From a bacterium (GTDB lineage Bacteria > Vulcanimicrobiota > Xenobia > Xenobiales > Xenobiaceae), in NCBI GenBank assembly GCA_030535355.1, contig JAUNIO010000004.1:13513-77512 (forward strand): a stretch of 64,000 nt of DNA, written 5' to 3'. The notes beneath the pieces are model-generated. The model did no database searches. It saw only the letters and a list, made by a program, of their open reading frames with translations, and was not told the origin of the DNA. Positions 27,748-38,621 of the stretch are shown one piece after another; the stretch's first letter is position 1; each line of letters begins with the position of its first letter. The position numbers were made by a program, and so were the translations under genes.

Positions 27748-29928
27748 ATGAGCATATTTAATTTACACGCCCCATTTCCGCCCCAGGGCGATCAGCCCCA
27801 GGCCATCGAGCAGCTGGTGGCCAGCGTGGAAGCGGGCCATAAGTTTACCACGCTGCTGGGAGCCACTGGCACGGGCAAGACCTTTACCATGGCCTCAGCC
27901 ATTGCCCGCATCGGCCGGCCGGCCCTGGTGCTCAGCCCCAACAAAACCCTGGCGGCCCAGCTGGCCTCGGAGTTCCGCGACTTCTTTGCCGACAACGCCG
28001 TGGAATATTTCGTTTCCTACTTCGATTACTATCAGCCCGAAGCCTATATTCCCCAGAGCGATACTTATATTGCTAAAGATTCCTCGCTCAACGAAGAAGT
28101 AGATCGCCTGCGCCACGCCGCCACCCAGGCCGTGCTGGAGCGGCGCGACGCGCTGGTGGTGGCTTCGGTTTCCTGTATCTACGGCTTGGGCAACCCCGAA
28201 GATTACCGCAACGCGCTTTTAGTCTTCCGTCCCGGTGATACCATCGAGCGCGATTTCATGCTGCGCCGTCTAGTGGACATGTTCTTCACGCGCACTACGA
28301 TGAGCCTGGACTACGGTACATTCCGCCTGCAGGGCGACGTGCTGGAGATTCAGCCCATCGACCGGGCCATTATCTACCGCATCGAGTTTTTCGACGAAGA
28401 AGTGGAGCGCATGAGCGAGATCGATCCTGTGAGCGGCGAAGTCTTGGGATTCCCTACCCGCATCGTGATCTATCCGGCCAAGCACTATGTCACCCCGCCT
28501 GATAAAATGCGCCGCGCTCTCGAGAGCATTAACGCCGAGCTGGAGGAGCAGCTGCGCTTTTTCAATGACCACGGCAAACTGCTGGAAGCGGAGCGTTTGG
28601 AAATGCGCACCAAGCAAGATGTGGACATGCTGGAAAACCTGGGGTACTGCAACGGCATCGAGAACTATTCCCGCCACCTAACCGGTCGCGAGAAGGGGCA
28701 GCCGCCCTATACGCTGATCGATTATTTCCCTAAGGATTTGATCGTCTTTATCGACGAATCACACGTGGCGGTACCGCAGCTGCACGGGATGCTGGCCGGA
28801 GACAAAGCCCGCAAAAATGTGCTGATCGAGTTCGGCTTCCGCCTGCCTTCGGCTCTGGACAACCGGCCGCTGTCCTTCGACGAGTTTATAGAACGCGCTC
28901 CCCAGATCGTCTTCATCTCGGCTACTCCCGGGCCATTTGAGCTGGAACATTCGCCGGTAGTAGTGGAGCAGATCATCCGCCCCACCGGACTGCTCGATCC
29001 CGCCGTGGAAGTGCGCCCCGTAGATGGGCAGATCGACGATCTCCTGCATGAGGTGCGGATACGCGCCGAGCGCCAGGAGCGCGTGCTGGTGACCACGCTG
29101 ACCAAGCGCATGGCTGAGGATTTGACCGACTATTTCAAAGAAATGGGCGTGCGCGTGCGCTATCTGCACTCCGACATCGACACCCTGGGGCGCATTCAGA
29201 TTCTGCGCGATCTGCGCCTGGGCGAATTTGACGTGCTGGTGGGCATCAACCTTTTGCGCGAGGGCCTGGACCTGCCGGAAGTCTCCCTGGTGGCCATTTT
29301 GGACGCCTCGAAGGAGGGCTTCCTGCGCTCGCGCACCAGTCTGGTGCAGACCATCGGCCGCGCCGCCAGAAACGTCGACGGTACGGTAATTCTTTATGCA
29401 GATACAATAACAGACGCCATGCGGGAGGCCATGGAGGAAACCGAGCGCCGGCGTTCCATTCAAAAGGCGTACAACGAGAAGCACGGCATCGTGCCGCGCA
29501 CCGTGCGCAAGGCCGTCAATGATATTTTAGACATGGTGGGCGGCGGCAACAATGAGCTGAATTCGGCGCGTCCCTCCGAGGTGCAGGACAGCCTGACTTT
29601 GGAGGAACTGCGGGCTTCTATAGATCGGGTGCAGGGCGCTATGCTGGAAGCGGCCAAGACCATGCAGTTCGAGCTGGCAGCGGCTTTGCGCGATGAGATG
29701 TACGGCCTGGAGAAGGAACTTAACCGCCGTTTAGAGGGCATTCCCGTGGCGGCGCGTCTGGAAATGGCGGAAACTGCGGGAATGCCTCTGCCGGGACAGC
29801 GCGGGCGCAGGATGCCTAAACTGCCGGAGGGCGATGAGATCACCTTGAAGGATACGGGATTGGCGCCCAAAAAGGCTTCGGCGCCGAAAAAAAGAATTAC
29901 GCCGCGCAATATGCGCAAGAGAAGATAA
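27748..29928 (+). CDS. uvrB: Excinuclease ABC subunit B
   Basis: Walker A GATGTGKT, helicase motifs, and a C-terminal UVR domain. There is an extra roughly 60-aa Lys/Arg-rich tail. Confidence 0.95.
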   Translation: MSIFNLHAPFPPQGDQPQAIEQLVASVEAGHKFTTLLGATGTGKTFTMASAIARIGRPALVLSPNKTLAAQLASEFRDFFADNAVEYFVSYFDYYQPEAYIPQSDTYIAKDSSLNEEVDRLRHAATQAVLERRDALVVASVSCIYGLGNPEDYRNALLVFRPGDTIERDFMLRRLVDMFFTRTTMSLDYGTFRLQGDVLEIQPIDRAIIYRIEFFDEEVERMSEIDPVSGEVLGFPTRIVIYPAKHYVTPPDKMRRALESINAELEEQLRFFNDHGKLLEAERLEMRTKQDVDMLENLGYCNGIENYSRHLTGREKGQPPYTLIDYFPKDLIVFIDESHVAVPQLHGMLAGDKARKNVLIEFGFRLPSALDNRPLSFDEFIERAPQIVFISATPGPFELEHSPVVVEQIIRPTGLLDPAVEVRPVDGQIDDLLHEVRIRAERQERVLVTTLTKRMAEDLTDYFKEMGVRVRYLHSDIDTLGRIQILRDLRLGEFDVLVGINLLREGLDLPEVSLVAILDASKEGFLRSRTSLVQTIGRAARNVDGTVILYADTITDAMREAMEETERRRSIQKAYNEKHGIVPRTVRKAVNDILDMVGGGNNELNSARPSEVQDSLTLEELRASIDRVQGAMLEAAKTMQFELAAALRDEMYGLEKELNRRLEGIPVAARLEMAETAGMPLPGQRGRRMPKLPEGDEITLKDTGLAPKKASAPKKRITPRNMRKRR

Positions 29929-30081
29929 AGGCGTATGGTTGTTTAAACCTTAACTTTGAACTTTAACTTTGGACCTTAACAGTAGTAGTTGGCTGCCTGT
30001 TGGCGAAAGTACATATTGTGCATGGCCTAATGGGGCGAGGAAGCAATACTGCGGGAAGTGTTATTGAGGCGGCAGGCTGAG

Positions 30082-30888
30082 ATGGAATTGTGGAAAAAAG
30101 CGTGTGTATTAGGAATAGCTCTTCTCTGTGGGGCGGCGGACCCAGTCTGGGCCGAGCCGCAGACTCCGCCGATCTTTGTCAACGATAACGACGTTTTAGC
30201 CGAAGCGCCTAAGCGCGGGGCGGTGGTGCTCACCTATGATGTGCGCCGGGTGGGCGGGCAGCAAATAAAAGTTTTCATCGATCAGCTGCCCTTGGACCCC
30301 AAAGCCAAAGAACCCCAAAAGACGCTGTATTTGGAAAAATCAGCGGGAAAGCTCCCTTTGGATTATTTCTACGATTGCGAGGCGGGCATTTACGCGGTGA
30401 GTGCCCAGGCCTGCGACGGGAAGGGACAGCCGGTGGCGGATCGTTCCCGCGTGGTTTATCTGCGTTACGGTGGCGACAGAGCGTTAAAAAACTATGATAA
30501 GCGGCGGGCAGAGTGGTATGGGCCTGCCGGCAGGCCCAAGGCGTTTGCCGAGGTAATCTCCGCTGACCAGATGCCCAAGGTGGCTGGAACCCTGAAACCG
30601 GTCACTACGGTGATTAAGCCCGGGGAAACGGCGCGCCTTTCCTACAAGATCGTCAGCGAGGGCCAGTCCGATTTTGCCAAGCTGCGCGAACTGATGAAGG
30701 ATTATGACACCAACGTGTATTGGCGTCTGCAGGGGGAGGGGGTTCTGCGCAATATCTCGCCGACGGAAGCCGTCTATGAATCGCCTGAACAAGGCGAGCA
30801 CACGGTCAAAGTCTTGGTGCGTTTTTTGGGTAACGTTGAAGAGTCAACTATTTATGTGACCAATATGAAGCCGGGACAGGAGTTATAG
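30082..30888 (+). CDS. Secreted hypothetical protein
   Basis: Signal peptide MELWKKACVLGIALLCGAADPVWAEP. No recognisable domain. Confidence 0.4.
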   Translation: MELWKKACVLGIALLCGAADPVWAEPQTPPIFVNDNDVLAEAPKRGAVVLTYDVRRVGGQQIKVFIDQLPLDPKAKEPQKTLYLEKSAGKLPLDYFYDCEAGIYAVSAQACDGKGQPVADRSRVVYLRYGGDRALKNYDKRRAEWYGPAGRPKAFAEVISADQMPKVAGTLKPVTTVIKPGETARLSYKIVSEGQSDFAKLRELMKDYDTNVYWRLQGEGVLRNISPTEAVYESPEQGEHTVKVLVRFLGNVEESTIYVTNMKPGQEL

Positions 30889-30979
30889 TCGGCTGTACTG
30901 TTGGTAGAGTATACTCAGCATCAGCGCTGCCGCGCAGTCCTGACGTTCATAATTACGGCGTCACAGCATCATGCGGGTC

Positions 30980-31918
30980 TTATTTCTGATCTTGCAGTTC
31001 CACGAGCTCTTTGGGCAGCATGAAGCTGACGTTTTGCCCGGCGTTGCCGATTTCTTCGATCTCAAAGCTGCCGTAGCGCTCTTTCAGCCAGGCCAGTATG
31101 CTCTGCAAAAGCAGTTCAGGAGCCGAGGCGCCGGCGGTAAGCCCTAAGTTTTCTACTCCCTGCAGCATCTCTGCGGTGATCTGGGTTTCATCGTCGATGA
31201 GAAAGGAGCGCACTCCGCAGCTTTTGGCCACTTCCATGAGGCGGTTGGAATTGGACGATGTCGCTGAACCTACAACTAAAATGGTATCGCAGCACTTGGC
31301 CATCAGCTTCACCGTGTCCTGGCGGTTGGTGGTGGCATAGCATATATCGTTGGCCCGCGGCTGACGGATGTTGGGGAAACGCTTCTTGAGAGCGGCGATC
31401 ATCTGCTCGGTGTCGTCCAAAGACAGGGTCGTCTGGGTGAGCACGGCTACGCGGTCGGGATCGGGGACGTGGGCCTTTTCTATATCTGCCAGAGTTTCCA
31501 CTACGGTAATCGATTCCGGGGCTTCTCCCCAGGTACCTACGACTTCTACATGCTGTTTGTGGCCGATGAGGAAAATGTGCAGGCCCTCTTTGGCGTATTT
31601 GATGGCCTCTAAATGCACTTTGGTAACCAGCGGGCAAGTGGCGTCGATGACTTTGAAGCCTTGGGCTATAGCTTTTTGTTTGACTTCGCTGGAAACGCCG
31701 TGGGCGGAGAAGATGATGATGGACCCTGGAGGCACTTCGTCCAGGTCTTCTACGAAGATGGCTCCGCGTTTGACAAGATCGCTGACGACGTGGTGATTGT
31801 GTACGATCTCGTGGCGGACGTAAACGCGGTTAAAGCGTTTGAGGGCTAGTTTGACGATGTCGATGGCGCGGTCTACGCCGGCGCAGAAACCGCGGGGATT
31901 GGCTAAAAAAACTTTCAC
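30980..31918 (-). CDS. ispH: 4-hydroxy-3-methylbut-2-enyl diphosphate reductase
   Basis: MKVFLANPRGFCAGVDRAI N-terminus and conserved Cys ligands. Full-length LytB/IspH. Confidence 0.9.
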   Translation of the reverse strand: MKVFLANPRGFCAGVDRAIDIVKLALKRFNRVYVRHEIVHNHHVVSDLVKRGAIFVEDLDEVPPGSIIIFSAHGVSSEVKQKAIAQGFKVIDATCPLVTKVHLEAIKYAKEGLHIFLIGHKQHVEVVGTWGEAPESITVVETLADIEKAHVPDPDRVAVLTQTTLSLDDTEQMIAALKKRFPNIRQPRANDICYATTNRQDTVKLMAKCCDTILVVGSATSSNSNRLMEVAKSCGVRSFLIDDETQITAEMLQGVENLGLTAGASAPELLLQSILAWLKERYGSFEIEEIGNAGQNVSFMLPKELVELQDQK

Positions 31919-32230
31919 GCCTGTGCAGTTCCAAGCGGACGTCTAAAAACCTGCAATAATAGTTGTGTGTCAGCAATGCCTGAATCTCGCTTCGAGCCCG
32001 ACCGCGTCGATCGGTGCTGCGGTGCTGTTTTTATGCCGTTTTTATGCACGTCTGCTGCTTTTGTGCGATAATTGAAAATAATTACACAGGTATTGCTTTA
32101 TTTCTGTACCAAATAGTATGAAATGTCGGCAGCGTGGCGGTCCTGCCTGCGGCAAAGCTGTTCCGTGCGCGTTAAACGGCTGTGTAAGGTGTTTTAAAGT
32201 GTAAACAGATGTGTATAAGGAGAGATTACG

Positions 32231-33250
32231 ATGAATTCGGCAACGAAGAGAAGGCGAAAACGCTCTTTATTTTCGGGCCTGAAGGTGACGGCGGACGGCG
32301 CGGCTTACGACGCCGCCTGCAAGCGTCTGCTGGCGCAGCGCGATATCCTGGCCCGGCTGTTAAAAAGCTGCGTAAATGAGTTTAGGAATTATGATATAAA
32401 GACCATCGCGGAAAAGTGCATAGAGGGCAGTCCGATTATTTCAGAAGTTCCGGTGAATCCAGATGAAGCTGGGGCTTTTATCCGGGGCCGGGGACAGGAG
32501 CGGGCCTCGCCGGCCGAGGGCAGCGTATTTTTCGATATCTGTTTTGATGCTGTAGTGCCCGATACGCATAAGACCGTGCAGCTGATCGTCAACGTGGAAG
32601 CTCAGGCCGATTATCACCCCGGCTATCCTTTGCTGAAGCGGAGCATTTACTACTGTGCCCGGCTGCTGTCGGCGCAGAAGGAAACTGTATTCCGGAAATC
32701 GCACTATGAGAAACTGCGCAAAGTGTATTCAATCTGGGTCTGCACCAGAGTGCCGAAAAATCGTCAAAACACTATCACCAGTTATCAGATAAGCGAACGC
32801 AATCGTGTGGGCAAGGTCTGTGAAAAGACGGCGAATTATGATTTAATATCGGTAGTGATGATTTGCTTGGGCGACGAAGGCGGCGATAATTACCAAGGTA
32901 TATTGAAGCTTTTGGGGACGCTGCTGACCTCGAAAGCCGACATCGACGAGAAAAAACGCATTTTGCGTGATGAGTTTGGAATAGAGTCTGATCGGAACAT
33001 AGACGGGGAGGTAATGAATATGTGCAATCTGAGCCGGGGTATTGAGGTGCGCGGAATTAAAAAAGGCCGCCGTGAAGGACGCAGTGAAGGACGCCGAGAA
33101 GGCCGCCGTGAAGGACGCAGTGAAGGCGTGTTGCATTCGCTGCGCAATTTGATGGCTAATATGCATCTGAATGTCGATGAGGCCATGAATGCTTTGGGTA
33201 TTCCGGCCGAGGAACAGCAGCAGTATATCGACGCGCTTGCCAGAGCATAA
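32231..33250 (+). CDS. Rpn-family (YhgA-like) recombination-promoting PD-(D/E)XK nuclease / putative transposase
   Basis: Central D..(E)AQ PD-(D/E)XK-like core (FDICFDA...VNVEAQ). The C-terminal repeat region KGRREGRSEGRREGRREGRSEG is encoded by tandem 27-36-nt DNA repeats. Confidence 0.55.
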   Translation: MNSATKRRRKRSLFSGLKVTADGAAYDAACKRLLAQRDILARLLKSCVNEFRNYDIKTIAEKCIEGSPIISEVPVNPDEAGAFIRGRGQERASPAEGSVFFDICFDAVVPDTHKTVQLIVNVEAQADYHPGYPLLKRSIYYCARLLSAQKETVFRKSHYEKLRKVYSIWVCTRVPKNRQNTITSYQISERNRVGKVCEKTANYDLISVVMICLGDEGGDNYQGILKLLGTLLTSKADIDEKKRILRDEFGIESDRNIDGEVMNMCNLSRGIEVRGIKKGRREGRSEGRREGRREGRSEGVLHSLRNLMANMHLNVDEAMNALGIPAEEQQQYIDALARA

Positions 33251-33714
33251 CGGTTGGACTTTGCGCCGGGTCAAGCATCCGGTGCTTTTTGTATTCGGCA
33301 TTTTTAAGCGGATAGTCTGCGGAATGTCCCCTCGGGCCTGAGCGGACAGCCCCGGGTAAGGCCGCGCCGGGATGGTACGGGCGGATCCGCTGCGTTCGTG
33401 CTCCCGGACGTTCTGCAGAATCTTCTCGCCCGTCTTTTTGTTCTTGACCGTGCGCGTGTGGGCTTTGACCTTGAACTTCCCTTTGGGCTTGCCGCTGTAA
33501 TAGATATGCGGTACATCACTAAGCGTCAACCAATGTTAGTTGGTATAAGCCGGACTTGGGCTCCGCAGCCCTGAGCGCATTTTTTAGAAATAAGCAGGGA
33601 ATATAACAAATATCTGGCGAATTTTAAACTTTTGATCATTATAAAGCGTTGGCTCGTCCTTATTACCTGCGGGTCAAAGCTTTGTTTTATACGCATTTTT
33701 TAGGAGATACCGAT

Positions 33715-36700
33715 ATGAATACCAGGTTTGTGCGCGTCGCTCCCAACACGCCGCTTCCTAAACTCGAAGAGGAAGTTTTGGCGTTTTGGAAGGAAAACGA
33801 CATCTTTGCCAAGTCGCTGCAGCTTCACGCTGATGGGCCAGAGTTCAGCATTTTTGAAGGTCCGCCCACTGCCAACGGCAACCCCGGTATTCACCACGTC
33901 CAGGCCCGCTCTTACAAAGACCTCTTCCCGCGTTACAAGACCATGCGCGGCTATCACGTGCGCCGTCAGGCCGGCTGGGACTGCCACGGCCTGCCCGTGG
34001 AAATCGAAGTGGAAAAGCGCTTGGGCTTCTCCGGCAAACAGGCTATCGAAGCTTACGGCATCGAGCCTTTCAACAAACAGTGCCGGGAATCGGTCATGAC
34101 CTACGAGAACAAATGGCGCGAGCTGACCGAGCGCATCGCTTACTGGACCGATCTCGATCATCCCTACATGACCATGACTAACGACTTCGTGGAAAGCGTG
34201 TGGTGGTCGCTGAAAGAGCTGTGGAAGAAGGACCTGATTTACCTCGGCTACAAAGTCGTGCCTTACTGCGCCCGCTGCGGCACGCCGCTCTCCAGCGCCG
34301 AAGCCGGTTCCGCTTACAAAGATGTGGAAGACCCGTCTCTCTATGTGCGCTTCCCTCTGCAGCACCCCGAAGAGCTGGGAGTGCCGGCGGGAACATCTCT
34401 TTTGGTCTGGACCACGACGCCCTGGACTCTGCCCGGCAACACCGGCGTAGCCGTCAATCCCAAGATGGAATACGTGGCCGTAGAGCATGAAGGCGGAGCG
34501 CTGATCATGGCCCGCAGCCTGCTGAAAGACGTGCTGGGCAGTGACGCTGAGCCTGTAATTCTGCGCACCTTTACGGGCAGCGATCTGGTGGGCGCTACTT
34601 ATCAGGCCCCGTATCCCTGGTACGATTTCGGCGAGAAAAAGGGCCACCGCGTGGTCACCGGTTCTTTCGTCACCTCTGAAGACGGCTCCGGTTTGGTGCA
34701 CATCGCTCCCGCCTTCGGTGCCGATGACATGGAAGTGGGCCGCCAGTTCGACCTGCCCATGGTGCAGACCCTGCTGCCCGATGGGCATTTCCGCGAGGAC
34801 GCGCACTTCATCGCTGGTTTAGGATTTAAAGAGGCCGATCCTAAAGTCATTGCGGACCTCAAAGAGCGCGGCCTGCTCTTCCGCATTAAAAAGTATAAAC
34901 ACTCCTATCCGCACTGCTGGCGTTGCCGCAATCCCTTGCTCTATTACGCCACAGATTCTTGGTATATCAATAACAGCAAGCTCAAAGAGCGCCTGATCGA
35001 GAAAAATCAGACCATCAGCTGGCATCCCGCCCACATCAAAAATGGGCGTTACGGCGACTGGCTCAACAACCTCATCGACTGGGCCATCTCGCGCACCCGC
35101 TATTGGGGAACGCCGCTGCCGATCTGGACCTGTGCGCAGTGCGATCACAAAGAGATGATCGGCTCTTTTGCCGAGCTGGCCGAGCGTTCTAATAAGCCCC
35201 TGGATGTCAAAGATGCCAGCTTCGATCCGCATCGTCCCTATGTCGATGATATAGAATTTGACTGCCCGCACTGCGGCGGCAAGATGCACCGTGTGCCCGA
35301 CGTTATCGACTGCTGGTACGATTCCGGCTCCATGCCTTACGCCCAGTTCCACTATCCCTTCGAAAATAAAGAGCTGTTCGAGAAGCATTTCCCGGCCGAC
35401 TTCATCTGTGAAGGCCTGGACCAGACCCGCGGCTGGTTCAACTCCCTGCATCAGCTGGGGGTGATGCTCTTCGATTCTATCGCATTTAAAGATGTGATCT
35501 GCCATGGCTTAGTTTTGGACGGCAATGGGGAAAAGATGTCCAAGAGCCGCGGCAACGTGGTCAATCCTTGGGATGTGCTCAACGTGCACGGCGCCGACGC
35601 CCTGCGCTGGTACGTCTATACCTCGGCTCCGCCGGAAGCCAACCGCCGCATCTCCGTAGATTTGGTGGGCGAGTCGGCCAAGCATTTGGGAACCTGGTGG
35701 AACACCTGGCAGTTCTTCATCCTCAACGCCAACGCGGCCAATATCGACCTGTCTCAGCCTTTGGCTATGGAAAAACTGACCGACATCGACCGCTGGGTCT
35801 TGGGTAAGCTGAATCAGACCGTCAAAGTGGTAACCGAAGCTTTAGACGTCTTCGATCCCACCAAAGCTGCCCGCGTTTTGGAAGAGTTTATCGACAAGCT
35901 TTCCAACTGGTACGTGCGCCGCAACCGCCGCCGCTTCTGGCAGAACGATGCCGTAGCTTACGGGACTCTGTACCGCTGCCTGGTCACTTTGGCTAAGCTG
36001 CAGGCCCCGTTTACTCCCTTCTTATCCGAGACCATGTACCGCAATTTGGTGCTGGCCGTCGATCCTCAGGCCCCCATCAGCGTGCACCTGTGCCGCTGGC
36101 CGGAATGCGACGAATCGCTGATCGACGAACAGCTGCTGCGCGACGGCGATTTGGTAGTAGAGCTGGTTTCCGTGGGGCGAGCGGCCCGCAACGCTTCGAA
36201 ACAAAAAATCCGTCAGCCCTTGGCGGAGATGCTGATCGGCCTGCGCGATGAAAGAGACCGCGCCGGAGTGGAGCGCTTCCAGGCCCACATTTTGGACGAA
36301 CTCAATGTTAAAGAGCTGCGCTTCCTGCATACCGGCGAGCAGTTCCTCGATTACCAGGTCAAGCCCAATCTGCCGGTGTTAGGCCCGCGCTACGGCAAAC
36401 TGCTGGGCCGCATCCGCCAGCTGCTCCAGGGGCCGGACGCTAAGAGCATCGCCGTGCGCGCCTTGGCCGGGGAGACGATTACCGCTGATTTCGACGGCAA
36501 TCCTGTAGAACTCAAGCGCGACGATCTGCTCATCGAAGTGCGCTCTCCCGAAGGCTATGCCGCTCAGGAGGACAACGGCCTGGTGGTAGCCTTCTCGACA
36601 GTGATAACCGAAGAGCTGCACCTGGAGGGCATCAGCCGTGACGTGATCCGCCACATCCAGGAGCTGCGCAAGAAAGCCGATTTCGACATTACCGACCGCA

Positions 36701-36888
36701 TCAAAGTCTGGATTAGCGACAGCTATGAAGAACTGGACAAGGCTATCGCTCAGCATCGGGAAACCATCATGAGCGAAACTCTGTGCCTGGAGCTGAACAG
36801 CGGTGCGCCCGCTGCCGAAGCTACGGCGGAGCAGATCGAATTGGTAAAAAATGGGCCTAAATTTACCATTGCGGTTGCCAAGGCTTAG
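33715..36888 (+). CDS. ileS: Isoleucine--tRNA ligase (type 2, long form)
   Basis: HIGH-type motif PTANGNPGIHH, KMSKS, and the editing domain. RBS AGGAGA 7 nt before ATG 33715. About 1058 aa. Confidence 0.95.
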   Translation: MNTRFVRVAPNTPLPKLEEEVLAFWKENDIFAKSLQLHADGPEFSIFEGPPTANGNPGIHHVQARSYKDLFPRYKTMRGYHVRRQAGWDCHGLPVEIEVEKRLGFSGKQAIEAYGIEPFNKQCRESVMTYENKWRELTERIAYWTDLDHPYMTMTNDFVESVWWSLKELWKKDLIYLGYKVVPYCARCGTPLSSAEAGSAYKDVEDPSLYVRFPLQHPEELGVPAGTSLLVWTTTPWTLPGNTGVAVNPKMEYVAVEHEGGALIMARSLLKDVLGSDAEPVILRTFTGSDLVGATYQAPYPWYDFGEKKGHRVVTGSFVTSEDGSGLVHIAPAFGADDMEVGRQFDLPMVQTLLPDGHFREDAHFIAGLGFKEADPKVIADLKERGLLFRIKKYKHSYPHCWRCRNPLLYYATDSWYINNSKLKERLIEKNQTISWHPAHIKNGRYGDWLNNLIDWAISRTRYWGTPLPIWTCAQCDHKEMIGSFAELAERSNKPLDVKDASFDPHRPYVDDIEFDCPHCGGKMHRVPDVIDCWYDSGSMPYAQFHYPFENKELFEKHFPADFICEGLDQTRGWFNSLHQLGVMLFDSIAFKDVICHGLVLDGNGEKMSKSRGNVVNPWDVLNVHGADALRWYVYTSAPPEANRRISVDLVGESAKHLGTWWNTWQFFILNANAANIDLSQPLAMEKLTDIDRWVLGKLNQTVKVVTEALDVFDPTKAARVLEEFIDKLSNWYVRRNRRRFWQNDAVAYGTLYRCLVTLAKLQAPFTPFLSETMYRNLVLAVDPQAPISVHLCRWPECDESLIDEQLLRDGDLVVELVSVGRAARNASKQKIRQPLAEMLIGLRDERDRAGVERFQAHILDELNVKELRFLHTGEQFLDYQVKPNLPVLGPRYGKLLGRIRQLLQGPDAKSIAVRALAGETITADFDGNPVELKRDDLLIEVRSPEGYAAQEDNGLVVAFSTVITEELHLEGISRDVIRHIQELRKKADFDITDRIKVWISDSYEELDKAIAQHRETIMSETLCLELNSGAPAAEATAEQIELVKNGPKFTIAVAKA

Positions 36889-37041
36889 CTCTTGTATTTT
36901 GTAGGGTTATGTGTTAAAATACTGCCCGTGTAATTTTACATATTGTGGCCTTCGGGGCCGATTAGCGGTTTCGAAGGCCCTTCCTGCCCGCAGTTTAATA
37001 AGCTGGCGGGCCGTAAAAGACCAGAGGAAGGAGTTTCTGTG

Positions 37042-37326
37042 ATGCGTAACTACGAAGTTATGTACATTCTGCGTCCCGAATTGGAAGACAGCGCCGTCAC
37101 CGAGATGGTCGAAAAATTCCAGAACCAGGTAACCGAGCAGGGTGGTACTGTAGCCGACGTCGACAACTGGGGCAAACGCGAATTCGCCTATGAATTAGAA
37201 GGCAAACGCGAAGGAACCTATGTCGTAATGCACTTTGAATCTACCAGTGCTGTAGCCGAAGAGCTTCGCCGCGTGATGAAGCTGAACGAAGATGTGCTTC
37301 GCTGCTTAGTTCTGAACCGCGACTAA
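37042..37326 (+). CDS. rpsF: 30S ribosomal protein S6
   Basis: MRNYEVMYILRPEL is a canonical S6 N-terminus. RBS GGAAGGAG upstream. Confidence 0.9.
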   Translation: MRNYEVMYILRPELEDSAVTEMVEKFQNQVTEQGGTVADVDNWGKREFAYELEGKREGTYVVMHFESTSAVAEELRRVMKLNEDVLRCLVLNRD

Positions 37327-37361
37327 TTATTGAGTTGTCTGGCTAATAAGAGGGGGGACAG

Positions 37362-37805
37362 ATGTCTAGTCTGAATAGAGTTATCCTGATCGGCCGTTTG
37401 GCTTGCGATGTCGAACAGAAAGCCACTCCCAACGGTGTAGCTTATGCCCGTTTCCGCTTAGCTGTAGATCGCCGGGCCCGCAAGGGCAGCGGTGAGCAGA
37501 CTGCCGATTTTATTCCCATCGTGGCTTGGGATCGGTTAGCGGAAATCTGCGGCCAGTATCTGACCAAAGGCAAACTGGTAGCCATAGAAGGCCGTTTGCA
37601 GACGCGCACTTATGAGACAGCCGACGGACAGAAGCGTTCCGCTTTTGATGTTGTCGCCGATGATATGCGGATGCTGTCCACCAAAGACAGCAGTGCGCCC
37701 CGCGCTAATGACGGATATGCGGGCGGTTTTGGCGCTCCCGCGCCTCAGGACCCGTATGCCAATGCCGGTGACGATAATTTAGACGAAGACAATATCCCGT
37801 TCTGA
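37362..37805 (+). CDS. ssb: Single-stranded DNA-binding protein
   Basis: OB-fold N-terminus (VILIGRLACD...), Gly/Pro-rich linker, and the acidic C-terminal tail DEDNIPF. Confidence 0.9.
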   Translation: MSSLNRVILIGRLACDVEQKATPNGVAYARFRLAVDRRARKGSGEQTADFIPIVAWDRLAEICGQYLTKGKLVAIEGRLQTRTYETADGQKRSAFDVVADDMRMLSTKDSSAPRANDGYAGGFGAPAPQDPYANAGDDNLDEDNIPF

Positions 37806-37835
37806 TAAGTTTTTCGAATATTTTTGGAGGTATCC

Positions 37836-38084
37836 ATGGCTCGTGGAGAACGCCGGGGTCGCAGACCTCGCAGAAAAGTTTGCCATTTCTGTGCGCCTCA
37901 TCAGGGTGATGCTCACGGTGGCGAGATCGATTACAAAGACGTTGAACTGTTGAAAAAATACGTGAGTGAGCGCGGCAAGATTTTGCCCAGACGCATTTCC
38001 GGCACCTGCGCCCGTCACCAGAGAAAGGTGACCATTGCCGTGAAGAGAGCTCGCTACATGGCGCTGTTGGCTTACGTAGTCTAA
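37836..38084 (+). CDS. rpsR: 30S ribosomal protein S18
   Basis: [18 protein letters not shown]...[12 protein letters not shown] is canonical S18. RBS GGAGGT upstream. Confidence 0.9.
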   Translation: MARGERRGRRPRRKVCHFCAPHQGDAHGGEIDYKDVELLKKYVSERGKILPRRISGTCARHQRKVTIAVKRARYMALLAYVV

Positions 38085-38111
38085 TACGGTAATACGGTTC
38101 GTGTATTTCGC

Positions 38112-38157
38112 AACCCGACCGGGCGTTCCCAGAGAATCCGGCGGGTTATTTTTTTTT
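38112..38157 (+). terminator. Stem-loop with U-tract between rpsR and rplI (terminator/attenuator)
   Basis: AACCCGACCGG...CCGGCGGGTT stem followed by T9. Confidence 0.5.
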
Positions 38158-38173
38158 CAGGAGGGTAGTAAAT

Positions 38174-38620
38174 ATGCAGTTAGTTCTTATTAAAGATTGC
38201 CCTAAAGTCGGGAAAAAAGGCGATACCGTCAATGTCTCCGACGGTTATGGCCGCAACTTTTTATTGGCCCGCGGCTATGCGGTTTCAGCTACTGACGGCC
38301 GTCTGCGCACCATCGCCAAAGAAAATGCCGACAAGGAAGACGTGGCCCGCCGCGCAAAAGCCAATGCTGAAGAATTGGCCGCCAAATTGCAGTCTGCTCC
38401 CCTTAATATGAAGGCCCGTTTCGGCGAAGGCGGGAAAATTTTCGGTTCCATCACGGCTCAGGATATTGCGGCTGTAATTAAAGAGCAGATGGGCCTGGAA
38501 ATTGACAAGAAAACCATCAAAATTGATACCCCTTTGAAAACCGTGGGGGAATATAAAGTCAGCATTAAACTGCATTCGCAAGTTAAAGCTATCGTAACTG
38601 TCAAATTAACGGAGATCTAG
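38174..38620 (+). CDS. rplI: 50S ribosomal protein L9
   Basis: MQLVLIKDCPKVGKKGDTVNVSDGYGRNFL is a canonical L9 N-terminus. Confidence 0.9.
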   Translation: MQLVLIKDCPKVGKKGDTVNVSDGYGRNFLLARGYAVSATDGRLRTIAKENADKEDVARRAKANAEELAAKLQSAPLNMKARFGEGGKIFGSITAQDIAAVIKEQMGLEIDKKTIKIDTPLKTVGEYKVSIKLHSQVKAIVTVKLTEI

Positions 38621-38621
38621 T

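Noticed and set aside
29930-30000. Short direct repeats AACTTTAA x3 (ccttaactttgaactttaactttggaccttaac) after uvrB
   Set aside because: This is only three imperfect 8-nt units. It is too short for a CRISPR or a meaningful satellite, and more likely a simple slippage or terminator-region feature.
33530-33714. Looked for T-box leaders upstream of ileS, and upstream of leuS at 58173-58402
   Set aside because: No GGTGGNACCGCG T-box core and no specifier-loop architecture are visible. These are only ordinary AT-rich promoter and leader sequence, so I did not call a riboswitch.
33700-34806. 368-aa reverse-strand ORF (and several others: 34819-35505, 36022-36330, 36379-36756) inside ileS
   Set aside because: They lie antisense within a highly conserved, full-length ileS reading frame. 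Long antisense ORFs are expected in GC-rich coding DNA, and I see no recognisable protein features.
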